A stretch of 64,000 nt of DNA from Octopus sinensis (Eukaryota), in the NCBI RefSeq assembly GCF_006345805.1, contig NC_043006.1:186001-250000 (forward strand), in the 5' to 3' direction. The notes under the pieces are model-generated. The model saw nothing but the letters and a program-made list of their open reading frames with translations, ran no database searches and had not been told where the DNA came from. Both the position numbers and the translations under genes were made by a program. Positions 1-11,643 of the stretch are shown here, piece by piece. Positions within the stretch are counted from its first letter, which is position 1; the number at the start of each line of letters is the position of its first letter.

Positions 1-1
1 C

Positions 2-258
2 ATCTACTATGATAGGAATTGTTTCTGTTTTCAGATTCCACATTCTGGTTACCTCTATTTCCAGGTCTTTGTATTTTGAGAGTTTCTCCATTTCTTTTAG
101 AGACACGTTGTCATCTGCCGGTACTGATACATCAATTAGAAAGCATTTTTTTTCTTCATGGTCTCTGACAACTATATCTGGTCTGTTTGCCTTAATTTCT
201 CTATCTGTGTGTATCGGCATATCCCAGAGTATGGTTGCTTTCTCGTTTTCTGTGACCT

Positions 259-262
<4 letters not shown>
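2..262 (-). mobile_element. Non-LTR retrotransposon fragment, restriction-like endonuclease (RLE) domain, R4/Dong-like; 5'-truncated, continues off the window start
   Basis: Manual minus-strand translation: KVTENEKATILWDMPIHTDREIKANRPDIVVRDHEEKKCFLIDVSVPADDNVSLKEMEKLSKYKDLEIEVTRMWNLKTETIPIIVD. It has the RPD..D..EK.KY pattern of RLE LINEs. Clade assignment is by motif recall. Confidence 0.85.
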
Positions 263-382
<120 letters not shown>

Positions 383-474
383 TTATCACATCCTTTACTC
401 ATTAGTCAGTCTCAGTGATTTCATATAAAAGATAGTTTTTATTAAAATATTTCTAATGTTTTCTCTTTTTATAG

Positions 475-569
475 TCAAACATTGATGCTTTTGGTTGGAG
501 TGGTGTCAAAATAGAACCTGTAGCTGGCAGTTTGTTTGAAATTGATTTTAAAAATGAATTTTATGAACA
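475..569 (+). CDS. Internal coding exon, laminin-G domain protein (exon n-3)
   Basis: Acceptor ttttctctttttatAG and donor CA|GTAAGT. The 95 bp give SNIDAFGWSGVKIEPVAGSLFEIDFKNEFYE(Q) and end in phase 2, matching the next exon. Confidence 0.75.
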
Positions 570-914
570 GTAAGTACTCACGTGTTCCATTTTGATTTAT
601 CTGAAATGCTTTCTAATTAAATATGTCATCTTGAATACCTTTTAGATCAGTTAAAATTGAGAAAAGAAAATACTATAAAGTTTTTATTTTATTTTTGTCT
701 TTTTAGAGCTATCACCATTTGACAAAATATAACCAGCATTTTCATTTTTTGAGAATTTTCAGAAAAATTTTGCGAATATGTGGGAATTCATACAATTCTT
801 CAAAAAATAAACAAAAAAATGTTTTGTGCATGATTTAAGAGAAATTTAGCTGTTATTTTTAGCATATCTCTTGACCACCTGATGCTCTCCTTTCTTTGTC
901 ACTCTGATATAATC

Positions 915-1287
915 TCTTTACTTGTTTCAGTCATTTGACTGCGGCCATGCTGGAGCACCACCTTTAGTCGAGCAAATCGACCCCATGACTTATTCTTTGT
1001 AAGCCTAGTACTTATTCTATCGGTCTCTTTTTGCCGAACCGCTAAGTGACGGGGACGTAAACACACCAGCATCGGTTGTCAAGCAATGCTAGGGGGACAA
1101 ACACATACATATATACATATATACGACGGGCTTCTTTCAGTTTCCGTCTACCAAATCCACTCACAAGGCATTGGTCGGCCCGGGGCTATAGCAGAAGACA
1201 CTTGCCCAAGATGCCACGCAGTGGGACTGAACCCGGAACCATGTGGTTGGTAAGCAAGCTACTTACCACACAGCCACTCCTGTGCCT
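915..1287 (-). mobile_element. tRNA-derived SINE, family A (full length)
   Basis: Minus strand has A-box TGGCTGTGTGG, B-box GGTTCAGTCCC, an internal (TA/TG) microsatellite and an (AGTAAA/AAGAG)-like tail; six copies in the window. Confidence 0.9.
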
Positions 1288-1501
1288 AGTTATGTTGACA
1301 TTTTTCAAAATCTTTCTCCCTATAAACACATTTAAGGGTCTATTAATGGGATTTTAGCAAAATATTTTAACTGTCCCTATTTTAAACTCTGGTTTTAAAG
1401 AAAAAGATTTGTAAAATTAAAAAAACAAAATTTCTTTTACCAATTCGAAAAATGAAAATAACATTTTTTTTCATAATCGTAAGGATTCCTAAAAAGTTAT
1501 G

Positions 1502-1606
1502 AGGCGTAGGAGTAGCTGTGTGGTAAGTAGCTTGCTTACCAACCACATGATTCTGGGTTCAATCCCACTGCATGGCACCTTGGGCAAGTGTCTTCCATTA
1601 TAGCCT
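1502..1606 (+). mobile_element. SINE family A, 5' part only
   Basis: aggcgtaggagtagctgtgtggtaag...ggttcaatccc; truncated where an RTE (ATC)n tail begins. Confidence 0.85.
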
Positions 1607-2422
1607 CATCATCATCATCATCGTCGTCGTCGTCGTTTAACGTCCATTTTCCATGCTAGCATAGATTGGATGGTTCGACCCGGGTCTGGGAGCCAGGAAG
1701 CTGCACCAGGCTCCAGTCTGATCTGGCAATGTTTCTACAGCTTGAAGCCCTTCCTAATGCCAACCACACCGTGAGTGTAGTGGGTGCTTTTTACGTGCCA
1801 TCGGCACAGGTGCCAGGGGAGGCTGGCAACAGCCATGACCAGTTGGCACTTTTCATGTGCCACTGGCACGGAGGCTAGTCAAGGTGGCGCTGGCATCGGC
1901 CACATTCAGATGGTGCTTTTTACGTGCCACTGGCACAGGTATCACAATTTCTATTTGATTTTTTGATGTTGATGTACTTGACTCAATAGGTCTCCTCAAG
2001 CACAGCAGGTCGCCCTATGATCCAAGGTAAGCACAGCAGGCTGTCCTGCGATCCAAGGTACTTTGGATGGGCTGGGGCTTCTATGTGAAGCTGGTGCAGG
2101 AAACAGCCATGAACTCCCTTCATTTGTCGGGTCTTCACAGTCACAGCATATCTCCAGAGGTCTTGGTCTTTTGTCATTGCCTCTGTGAGACCCAACGTTC
2201 GAAGGTCATGCTTGACCACCTCATCCCATGTCATCCTGGGTCTACCTCTACCCCGGATTCCTTCAACTGTTTTGGAGTACCTTCTTCACACACTCTCCTC
2301 ATCCATCCGTATTACATGACATATACCAATGCAAACGTCCTCTCTCTCACACCACATCCAATGCTTCTTATATCCAGCATTTCTCTCAGGGCACTTACAC
2401 TCTGTCATGTGTGCACACTGAC
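1607..2422 (-). mobile_element. RTE-clade LINE 3' fragment (degenerate ORF end, 3' UTR and (GAT)n tail)
   Basis: Translation TWDEVVKHDLRTLGLTEAMTKDQDLWR matches the RTE copy at 26022-26960. The 3' UTR carries 66-bp-type repeats (about 1786-1940) and a 31-bp duplication (about 2008-2060). Confidence 0.88.
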
Positions 2423-2692
2423 ATATATATATATTGTGTTTTTAACACATTTCTATGAAGAAATTCTCTGTCAAACAACCATGACACCATGATTACTAAT
2501 AGCGTAATTATGTTAATTATAATTCACAGATGGCGTTTATAAATCAATACTGTATATTTATTATATTCATATTGTGTATACCTAGTAATTTTTTTCATTT
2601 CCCCTGCAATGTACCACACAGTCAAAAGAATTGTTGAGAACTCCTGATGTAGACAATTATTCAACTTTTATTTTATTTTTATTTTAATTCAG

Positions 2693-2888
2693 GGGCACAA
2701 TTGAATTTGAGTTCCGTACTTCATCTAAGGATGCACTGTTGCTTTATATGAATCGGCGAAACGACAAATCAGAAATCATGGCAATTCAAATACTCCGTGG
2801 TTACCTCGTCTATACGATTCGATGTAGCCAAAGCCATGCAACACTGACCATTCCCAAGATACATGTTAACGATGAAAAATGGCACAAA
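2693..2888 (+). CDS. Internal coding exon, laminin-G domain (exon n-2)
   Basis: Acceptor ttttaattcAG and donor AAA|GTAAGT. Encodes GTIEFEFRTSSKDALLLYMNRRNDKSEIMAIQILRGYLVYTIRCSQSHATLTIPKIHVNDEKWHK, with the LamG FRT..LLY..vnDg.WH motifs. Confidence 0.9.
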
Positions 2889-3097
2889 GTAAGTGGTATT
2901 CTGAACTTCGCTTTTTTTTTTTTTATATTTTGAAAAAATTAACTTCACAGTTATTCTGTCCATAAATATGTGAAGGAAAAAGTGTAAAAATTGCTACTTC
3001 TGATAGTTCCCTATGTCAGGGTACCTGAGGACTCCATCCCCGCAACCCTGCCAGGATTAGGAGGTAGAGAAGATTGATAGATGGAAATATGTAAAGT

Positions 3098-3174
3098 TGG
3101 TGAGCTGGCAGAATCATTAGCATATCAGACAAAATGAGATATGTGTATGTTTATGTATATAATATGCATGTGTA

Positions 3175-3259
<85 letters not shown>

Positions 3260-3595
3260 ATATATATAATATATTAAATATATATATGTAATATATGTAT
3301 AATATATATATATTACACACATGCATATACATATATATAGATATATATATATTATATATAATATATCGATATATATATATATATATATATTATTATATAT
3401 ATATATATATATATATATCTACATATATATAACATATATGCATGTTCAAATTCCACCGAGGTCGACTTTGCCTTTCATTCTTTCGGGGTCAATAAATTAA
3501 GTACCAGTTATGCACTGTGATGTAATCAACTTAATCCCTTTGTCTGTCCTTGTTTGTCCCCTCTATGTTTAGACCCTTGTGGGTAGTAAAGAAAT
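3098..3595 (+). mobile_element. tRNA-derived SINE, family B, split by a ~310-bp AT microsatellite
   Basis: Head tggtgagctggcagaatcattagc and body gttcaaattccaccgaggtcgactttgcctttcat..ggggtcaataaa; also seen at 19921, 20153 and 27845. Confidence 0.8.
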
Positions 3596-3639
3596 ATATA
3601 TATATGCATGTGTGTATGTATATGTATATATGTATGCAT

Positions 3640-3973
3640 GGGAGGCGCAGTGGCCCAGTGGTTAGGGCAGTTGTGAGTGTTTATTGAGCGAAAACACCTA
3701 AAGCTCCACGAGGCTCCGGCAGGGGATGGTGGTGATCCCTGCTGTACTCTTTCACCACAACTTTCTCTCACTCTTACTTCCTTTTTCTGTTGTACCTGTA
3801 TTTCAAGGGGCCGGCCTTGTCACTCCTGTGTCACGCTGAATATCCCCGAGAACTACGGTCAGGGTACACGTGTTGTGGAGTGCTCAGCCACTTACACGTT
3901 AATTTCACGAGCAGCCTGTTCCGTTGGTCGGATCAACCGGAACCCTCATCGTCGTAACCGACGGAGTGCTTCC
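3640..3973 (+). mobile_element. tRNA-derived SINE, family C, with B-box region deleted
   Basis: Near-identical to 58358-58740 but lacks the ~40 bp containing ggtttcgattccc. Confidence 0.85.
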
Positions 3974-3999
3974 ATATGTATGCATATGTATATATATAT

Positions 4000-4211
4000 A
4001 CTCTTTTACTCTTTTACTTGTTTCAGTCATTTGACTGCGGCCATGCTGGAGCACCACCTTTAGTCGAGCAAATCGACCCCAGGACTTATTCTTTGTAAGC
4101 CCAGTACTTATTCTATTGGTCTGTTTTGCCGAACCACTAAGTGACGGGGACGTAAGCATACCAGCATCGGTTGTCAAGCAATGCTAGGGGGACAAACACA
4201 GACACACACAG

Positions 4212-4244
<33 letters not shown>

Positions 4245-4492
4245 CATATATACTTTGATACTTTGATACTTTGATAGGTTTCGGCCATTATTGGCCCAGG
4301 CCATGTCTAACTTAATAGCACCACCTGGTTACGACAGGCTTCTTTCAGTTTCCATCTACCAAATCCACTCACAAGGCATTGGTCGGCCCGGGTCTATAGC
4401 AGAAGACACTTGCCCAAGATGCCATGCAGTGTGACTGAACCTGGAACCATGTGATTGGTTAGCAAGCTACTTACCACACAGCCACTCCTGTG

Positions 4493-4495
<3 letters not shown>
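4000..4495 (-). mobile_element. SINE family A with ~80-bp nested insertion (about 4252-4330)
   Basis: Colinear with 915-1287 except for the insert beginning (TACTTTGA)x3. Confidence 0.88.
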
Positions 4496-4527
<32 letters not shown>

Positions 4528-4687
4528 TCATCATCATCAAACTGGGAAGCTTGATTTGGATACACCTTAGCTAAACAGGAACAACAGTGAGCCAATGAGT
4601 GACCTCTATGTGGTCACTTAACATATTAGAAATATATATATATATATTTATACCAGTGTAGAAGATATATATCATCATCATATATCA

Positions 4688-5497
4688 AACTGGGAAGCGA
4701 TCAATAATGATCTTGCACAAGTCGATTGGTCCTTCACGCACACATACACACCCACTAACATCAAAAAGTCCTGGCAGTCATTTGTAGACACCATTACGAA
4801 CATATGTGCAAAACACACCCCATTAAGATCTGCAAAACAAATCTAAGTGTCGAATCCTAGAAATAGAAAATCTCTCATCAGGAAAATGAAAGAATTAACA
4901 AAAAATCAACAAGCTGAAATACTGTCAAGCAGCAACACACCAACCTGACTGCCATCTCGTCGCTAGAGATTAAAAAACATAAACTCCAAAACAACATGAT
5001 GTCTATCATCAATAGTCAGCGAAGAGCTGAGAGGCCTGGGCCATTGAGAAGATCGAACTCAATCCCAAAGTGTTCTTTTCATTTGCAAAAAAACACAGAG
5101 TCACTGGTTCTACTGTTGGCCCTCTGATTGATGAAAATGGTACTCTTCAAGACAATGCCAAAACCATGGGAGAGATATTGCAGAAACAATATTGCTCTGT
5201 TTTCAGCAATCCTGATATGACTGATCTGGGCTGTATCAGTGATGTTACTCCCCAATACACTTTATCGGACATAACCTTTGGCGCTCCTGATGTCTTAGCA
5301 GCAATAAAGGAAATGAAGCATAATTCAGCAGTAGGTCCCGATAGGTTCCCTGCTTGTGTCCTGAAGATGTGTCAAAACCAACTTGCACCCCCTCTAGCCA
5401 ATCTGTGGCGGAACTCACTGGATGCTGGATATATACCAGAAGACCTTCTATCCCAGACTGTTGTCCCAGTTTTCAAAAAAGGAAACAAATCTCTGTT
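4688..5497 (+). mobile_element. CR1/Jockey-group LINE ORF2 fragment (linker to start of RT), degenerate
   Basis: WEAINNDLAQVDW...KHTPLRS and FFSFAKK...GPDRFPACVLK...LAPPLANLWRNSLDAGYIP...VVPVFKKGNKS are typical pre-RT LINE motifs. Confidence 0.85.
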
Positions 5498-5924
5498 AGA
5501 ATAATCTCACTAAATATATATATATATATATATATATATGCATGCTTAGGGGTATTTCTTCTGGTTCTTAATGTTCCAAGTTCAAATCTCACCAAGGTCA
5601 ACTTTGCTTTCTCATCCCTTCAGGTTCAAGAGGAGGAGGAGCTTTCATAGTGAGATTATTCTAACAGAGATCCAATGACAGTATGTAGTATACAATCTCT
5701 GTGGCATCTGCCTCATTTAAAAATTTCTCCTATCTTTTTTAGTCACTCCAATACATAATCTTATTAATCTCATCCATGGATAATTTGAAGCCTGAGTCAG
5801 CCAGCCTTTAGATCTAACTCTGTACCTGGGTAGATGAACTTTACAATAGAGCTGGTTTTTGTTTGTCTGACTTCTGTCATTGCTCTGGACTGACTCACCA
5901 TCGTCATAATCATCATCATCATCA

Positions 5925-6160
5925 TTACCATCATTATTTAATTCTATATTCCATGCTGGCATATGTTAGACAGTTCAGCAGGATCTGATGGGCAGAGGCC
6001 TGCATTCACTGTCTCTGTTTTAACAAGGTTTTCTATGTCTAGATACTCTTCCTAATGCCAACCACTTTACAGAATGTAGTCAGTGTTATTTTTGTGGCAC
6101 CAGCACTAGTGGGGTCACCATGTAACCTTGCAAAACAAGACCCCTTGACAAAGTGGTGTG
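5925..6160 (-). mobile_element. Old RTE-type 3' tail fragment
   Basis: (ATC)n then ccatgctggcat...cttcctaatgccaaccact, the same terminal module as 25200-25390. Related fragments lie at about 19440-19660, 21520-21800, 23170-23320, 23720-23990, 29150-29195 and 55215-55310. Confidence 0.65.
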
Positions 6161-6461
6161 GTCGTTGTGAGTATCTATATCAGTTGAATTGTGGATATGG
6201 CTATTTTGATTAGTTTCCAGAATTGGCTATGGAACTGATCGGGTCAACATAACCCCAAATATTGCTGAGATAAATAAAACCTATTCCAATGTTCTCATAT
6301 CTACATTATGTGTGTGTATCTCGTCACCCATTCAGTGCATCAATTTACATGCATCTACATCTATGGCTATATATATATATATATATCTTTTAGCTACACT
6401 GTCCCAAAATATGTCTTTATATTTTTTTCACATTAATTACACCATGAAATTCTATTTGCAG

Positions 6462-6617
6462 ATTCGATATTCAAGACAGAATGTGGAAGCTAAATTTGAG
6501 CTTGATGGTAAAGAATACCACAGTGAATATCAACTGAGCTGTGGAGGATTTACATCAATGGTTTTTGGCAGTGTTGGAAAAGCTGATTGGGGTCGCAAAG
6601 TGATAACATCATTGGAG
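6462..6617 (+). CDS. Internal coding exon, laminin-G domain (exon n-1)
   Basis: Acceptor ctatttgcAG, phase 0. Encodes IRYSRQNVEAKFELDGKEYHSEYQLSCGGFTSMVFGSVGKADWGRKVITSLE, continuing WHK|IR...LDG. The donor GAG|GTCAGT is slightly non-consensus. Confidence 0.8.
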
Positions 6618-6784
6618 GTCAGTCCTTTTTGTGATTCCTTTATTATTTCTTAATCAATAATGAAAGAAGGGCTGTCTGGCAATTCCTAGATGTGGGAAAG
6701 AGAAGAAGTTATCTTTAAGTCAGAGACTTGACTCAAATGCTTGCATCAGAAAGAACTCTGTTAAAGGTACCCAAAAGCAATGGA

Positions 6785-8200
6785 TTAAGACTACCACCAT
6801 CGACTAATCTTAAGTACATTAGCAAATTCAGTAATCATTCTAGGGCAATTACTAGGAACTTAGTTAAGAATATTTCATTTAGATTGTCTAAGTTTCAATG
6901 ATAAGGCCGAATTTTATAACTCTGTCTTACTTAAAGCAAGTTATACAGAGAAAGTTAGCTACATTGATTCCATTCAATCTTATTCTAACTTTACAAATGT
7001 AGATATGAAATCTAGTTGTAAAGAAATTAACAATATCAATTTTAATTAATACACCAAAACAAAATGGAGGAAGGGAGATAACCCTTATTTAATCCCCTAT
7101 TTGCATTCTAAAGGTAAATTTATGTCTTTCAAAAATAATTACACTAAAAATAAGATAACTAATAGAAAAGCCATTTGGATAATTATTCCATACAGGAGGC
7201 AAATTAAATCTAATCTTTCATTGCAGTTTTTCAAAGCTATTATTAGAAATTTTCCAAAGAATTCTAGGTATCAACTCACATACGGTTAAGATTGGTTTTT
7301 CCAACACAAAAAATCTCTTACAAATTATCTCTTCACATATCAACATTTTAAATATTAATACATTTACTAATACTAACATTAATTTAGCTAATGCCATCCA
7401 TCCCTCTAGAAATATTAATAACAAGGTTATTGTATCTGAAGTCAATTACAACAGAATCAAGTTTATGTGCAAGTAACTCTAAAATTAAAAATTCTATATA
7501 CCAGTGTAAAATTAATACTCTTAATCAAGAATATTTTTATATAGGAAGCATATCTTCCCAGTTATCTAAAATAATTTCTAATCATTACTCTACATTTAGG
7601 GATAGGAATAAACGTAACAGTACAGGGCTTGGTAAATCAATTTGGGATCTAAAAGACCACAATAAACAATTTAATTTAGAATGGTTGATTCTCTCAATCT
7701 CGATACCTAATGACAAAGGCAAGGAATTCTGTTTTTTCTAAAAATCCCCTTGTAAACACGGTTATAGAGCATGCATACCGATGTAAACATTGGCAGAAAC
7801 ACACCTTTAGTTCATATAAGTGATATCAATCATTATATATAACTTAAACAATAATTTTCTTTTTGCATTTCACATTCACTAAATACATATTTTTCCTAGT
7901 CTATACGGTTTTATTTAATATACATATAGTCATATACTTCTCATTTATTTAGTTTTTCTTTACTTTATCCCTCCTCTTTCTATAGGCTACCTCTGATGTT
8001 ATATCCTATAACGTTTTTTTGAAACAATATTTATAGCGTTCAGTTAATCACTATACATATGCATCATATTCTATTAAACTGTCTTATTGATGAGTTTTAT
8101 TTCTTCACTTCCCTGAAAAGAAGATTACATTGTTTTACACCATTTTATTCCTCTGGAATAATACCAGTGATATCTTCGAAACATGTGTCGGAAGTAAAAG
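6785..8200 (+). mobile_element. Degenerate Penelope-like element (Poseidon-type): RT thumb, GIY-YIG and pLTR
   Basis: YISKFSNHSRAITRNLVKNISFRLS; KAIWIIIPY..KIGFSNTKNLLQIISSHIN; SIYQCKIN..YIGS..NHYSTFR..NSTGLGKSIWDLK..EWLIL; hammerhead-like motif at the 3' end. Confidence 0.85.
8107..8195 (+). ncRNA. Penelope-type minimal hammerhead ribozyme, degenerate
   Basis: Stem I ACTTCC/GGAAGT, core CTGAAAA (G8A vs CUGANGA), stem II GAAGAT/ATCTTC, GAAA, near-palindromic stem III ACATGTGT (ACACGTGT with CpG decay), GTC cleavage triplet. Confidence 0.7.
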
Positions 8201-8445
8201 AATTTGAATAACATCTGTGTTAAACTCCATTTATTTATTTTTATATATTATACAAAAAATTTCACGTAAACCCGAAGTTTCTACCTTTAAAAACAAGGAG
8301 TTACAACCATTTTACTTGTGTGGCTTTTGCCTACCCTGGTAAATGGTATCTATTTTTTCCATGTTAATTATTAACAAGAGAAAATACACACATCTGTTTA
8401 TATATATAATATATATATATATATATAATATATATATATATATAT

Positions 8446-10695
8446 AAGAAAATGGTAAAGTGTGAAAAAACGACAGAAGGCTTAAATGTTAAAAAATATA
8501 TATATTTGTGTCAAAATGTCTGGAGAATATTGGAAAAAAAATTTTTTTTCCTTTCCTTAAAATGACATAATTTAAAATTTTTTAAAGAAATTACCGGTTT
8601 CGCGTGTAGCTTTTCAAATTTCTTGTGACATTATGTTTATATTGCATGGAGTTATCGTGTTTTTATTTCCAGGAGATTTCTAAATAAGGGGAGGTAGTGA
8701 GTGATTCTTCCGGTGTAGGGAGATAATCGCTTAAAAATTTTTTTCCCTTTTCCTGTTAATTTCTCTGTGTGAGTATGTTCGGATGGTTGAGTCTGGGTTT
8801 GTACTTTTCAATGAAGAATGTTCCTGTTCAGTCATTTGTGTGATGATCATTGGTAAAATGGGAAGATTAAAAATTGTGGCAGTAGTTGCTTTGCGCATTT
8901 CTCAATGTGCTCACTAAAAGGTATCATTCTATATTCTGGGAATGCAATCTGTTGTCGATGCAGTGTGCATCTACGCCTGAGTGATAGTCTCCGTGGAAAC
9001 CCACGTAGTCTTGTGGCAGCCCGAGCATTTAATAACATAAATTATGTTTTCAGAGGCACAAGTAAAGTTAGATTTGATCTTAAATTTCTGTCCCTCTTTA
9101 AAGAAGAATTCTGATCCTTCCAATAGGTTAGGACATGTTGCACAGTTCGATCTACCACATTTTTTTACTTTGCATCCGTAATTTTAGAAGACAATTTTGC
9201 CTTTGTGAGAATCTTTTTAAGTGATTTAGGCTGTTTGTAGCTTTTAATGATTTGGTGTATGTTTAGAATTTCCTTTAATTTTGGTTTTTATGAAGTATTG
9301 GTAATTCTGGGTGATGATGGTGAAGGCTTCTTTGTTTTGGGGTTGTATGTAGATATGTAAGGTAGTATTTTCGGGGAAGGTGTGTTGTTGTGTGAACTTT
9401 CTTAAAGTTTCTATGTGATTTCTGTTGCACGTCTTGGATATACTAATTAAAAAATTACCTTAAAATAGAAACAGACATTTTTTACAAAGCCACAGACGCC
9501 AAACAATACCTTCTTTTTAATTCATGCCACCCAAGACACACTAAAACAAACATCCCCTTCAACCTTGCAAGAAGATATGCACAATAGTGTCAGAACAAAA
9601 TACCAGGAACTTTAGACTGCAAGAACTCAAAAACACCCTAATTGACAGACATTACCCAGCTCAACTCATAGAGGATGGGATCAGACGTGCAACAGAAATC
9701 AACATAGAAACTTTAAGAAAAGTTCAACACAACAACACACCTTCCCCGAAAATACTACCTTACATATCTACATACAACCCCAGAAACAAAGAAGCCTTCA
9801 CCATCATCACCCAGAATTTACCAATACTTCATAAAAAACCCAAAATTAAAGGAAATTCTAAACATACACCAAATCATTAAAAGCTACAAACAGCCTAAAT
9901 CACTTAAAAAGATTCTCACAAAGGCAAAATTGTCTTCTAAAATTACGGATGCAAAAGTAAAAAAATGTGGTAGATCGAACTGTGCAACATGTCCTAACCT
10001 ATTGGAAGGATCAGAATTCTTCTTTAAAGAGGGACAGAAATTTAAGATCAAATCTAACTTTACTTGTGCCTCTGAAAACATAATTTATGTTATTAAATGC
10101 TCGGGCTGCCACCAAGACTACGTGGGTTCCACGGGACTATCACTCAGGCGTAGATGCACACTGCATCGACAACAGATTGCATTCCCAGAATATAGAATGA
10201 TACCTTTTAGTGAGCACATTGAGAAATGCGCAAAGCAACTACTGCCACAATTTTTAATCTTCCCATTTTACCAATGATCATCAACACAAATGAGACTGAA
10301 CAAGGAAACATTCTTCATTGAAAAGTACAAACCCAGACTCAACCATCCGAACATACTCACACAGAGAAATTAACAAGGAAAAGGGAAAAAAAATTTTTAA
10401 GCAATTATCTCCCTTACACCGGAAGAAATCACTCACTACCTCCCCTTATTTAGAAATCTCCTGGAAATAAAAACAACGATAACTCCATGCAATATAAACA
10501 TAACATCACAAGAAATTTGAAAAGCTACACGCGAAACCGGTAATTTCTTTAAAAAATTTTAAATTATGTCATTTTAAGGAAAGGAAAAAAAAAAAAATTT
10601 TTCCAATATTCTCCAGACATTTTGACACAAATATATATATTTTTTAACATTTAAGCTTTCTGTCGTTTTTTCACACTTTACCATTTTCTTATATA
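8446..10695 (+). mobile_element. Penelope-like element (Neptune-type) with ~1-kb inverted duplication at its 5' end
   Basis: 9460-10277 encodes DIFYKATDAKQYLLFNSCHPRHTK, KCGRSNCATC zinc knuckle and IIYVIKC..DYVGST (GIY-YIG), with frameshifts. 8446-9435 is the reverse complement of about 9684-10695. Confidence 0.92.
10510..10549 (+). ncRNA. Variant minimal hammerhead-like motif in the Neptune pLTR (mirror copy at 8585-8624, minus)
   Basis: AAGAAAT-TTGAAAA-GC(tacac)GC-GAAA-CCGG-TA-ATTTCTT: perfect 7-bp stem I and palindromic stem III ACCGGT, but the core differs from CUGANGA at two positions. Confidence 0.5.
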
Positions 10696-10731
10696 TTCAC
10701 CCACGTGCTTTACCAAACAAACTTTCTTATC

Positions 10732-10763
<32 letters not shown>

Positions 10764-10807
10764 TTCATATTTATGTATAAATCTTTTTTTTTACTTCTTT
10801 TCTTCAG

Positions 10808-10915
10808 GTTGTATACAGAACTATGCAACAGTTTAATGGATGCATAAGAAATTTAAAAGTTTCCACAGAAAATGAAATATCTCCATATTATGTCAAAGTG
10901 ACATCCTGTGTATAA
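10808..10915 (+). CDS. Terminal coding exon, laminin-G domain C-terminus
   Basis: Long polypyrimidine tract and cAG, phase 0. Encodes VVYRTMQQFNGCIRNLKVSTENEISPYYVKVTSCV*, with the LamG F.GCIRNL motif and closing Cys; TAA at 10913-10915. Confidence 0.85.
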   Translation, partial: VVYRTMQQFNGCIRNLKVSTENEISPYYVKVTSCV

Positions 10916-11106
10916 TATATTCTAGTGCAAAATCCACCCCTATTTATGTTGAAGACAGCTGGATGCTTTGAAGATATAATGAATGAATATTTGGTGAGAG
11001 GCTTCGAATCAACTTCAAACGTATTGAAATTCTGGAGATTCAAAAAACTTCACACAGAAAAAGTGTTGGGTCAAGATGAACTTTTCATTCCTACTAGAAA
11101 TATCTA

Positions 11107-11113
11107 AGTAAAT

Positions 11114-11190
<77 letters not shown>

Positions 11191-11355
11191 CATGTATGTA
11201 TGTATGCATGCATGCATGCATGTAGTATGCATATATATGTATGTATGTATATATATATATGTATGTATGTATATATATATATGCATGTATATATATATGC
11301 ATGTATGTATATATATATATATATATGTATGTATATATATATATATGTATGTATG

Positions 11356-11386
<31 letters not shown>

Positions 11387-11397
11387 ATGTATATATA
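11107..11397. repeat. (TA)/(TG)/(TATG) compound microsatellite; similar blocks at 3130-3440, 12610-12718, 13210-13650
   Basis: Directly visible; source of the Y/I/V/C/H-rich ORFs. Confidence 0.95.
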
Positions 11398-11595
11398 AAG
11401 TTAATCCAAACAAGAAACCACAAAAAACACAACAACGCGAGGATGTGGAGCATATATAGTATTATTGGATGCTCAGGAAAGAACATTTAACATTTCGAGC
11501 GGAGCTCTTTGTTGGAAACATAGGAGAAGGAAAGATCCAGAGAAGGGAAGACAGAGGAAAAAAAATCGCCAACAGTACACACGAGGTCACATTTT
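11396..11595 (-). repeat. Interspersed ~200-bp repeat (Penelope pLTR-like), inverted partner of 13651-13855
   Basis: The reverse complement aligns to 13651-13855 along its whole length. Confidence 0.85.
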
Positions 11596-11604
11596 GAATG
11601 TATG

Positions 11605-11643
<39 letters not shown>

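Noticed and set aside
4270-4310. GGCC-aataat-GGCC-GAAAC (minus) as another hammerhead
   Set aside because: There is no CUGANGA core upstream of the stem.
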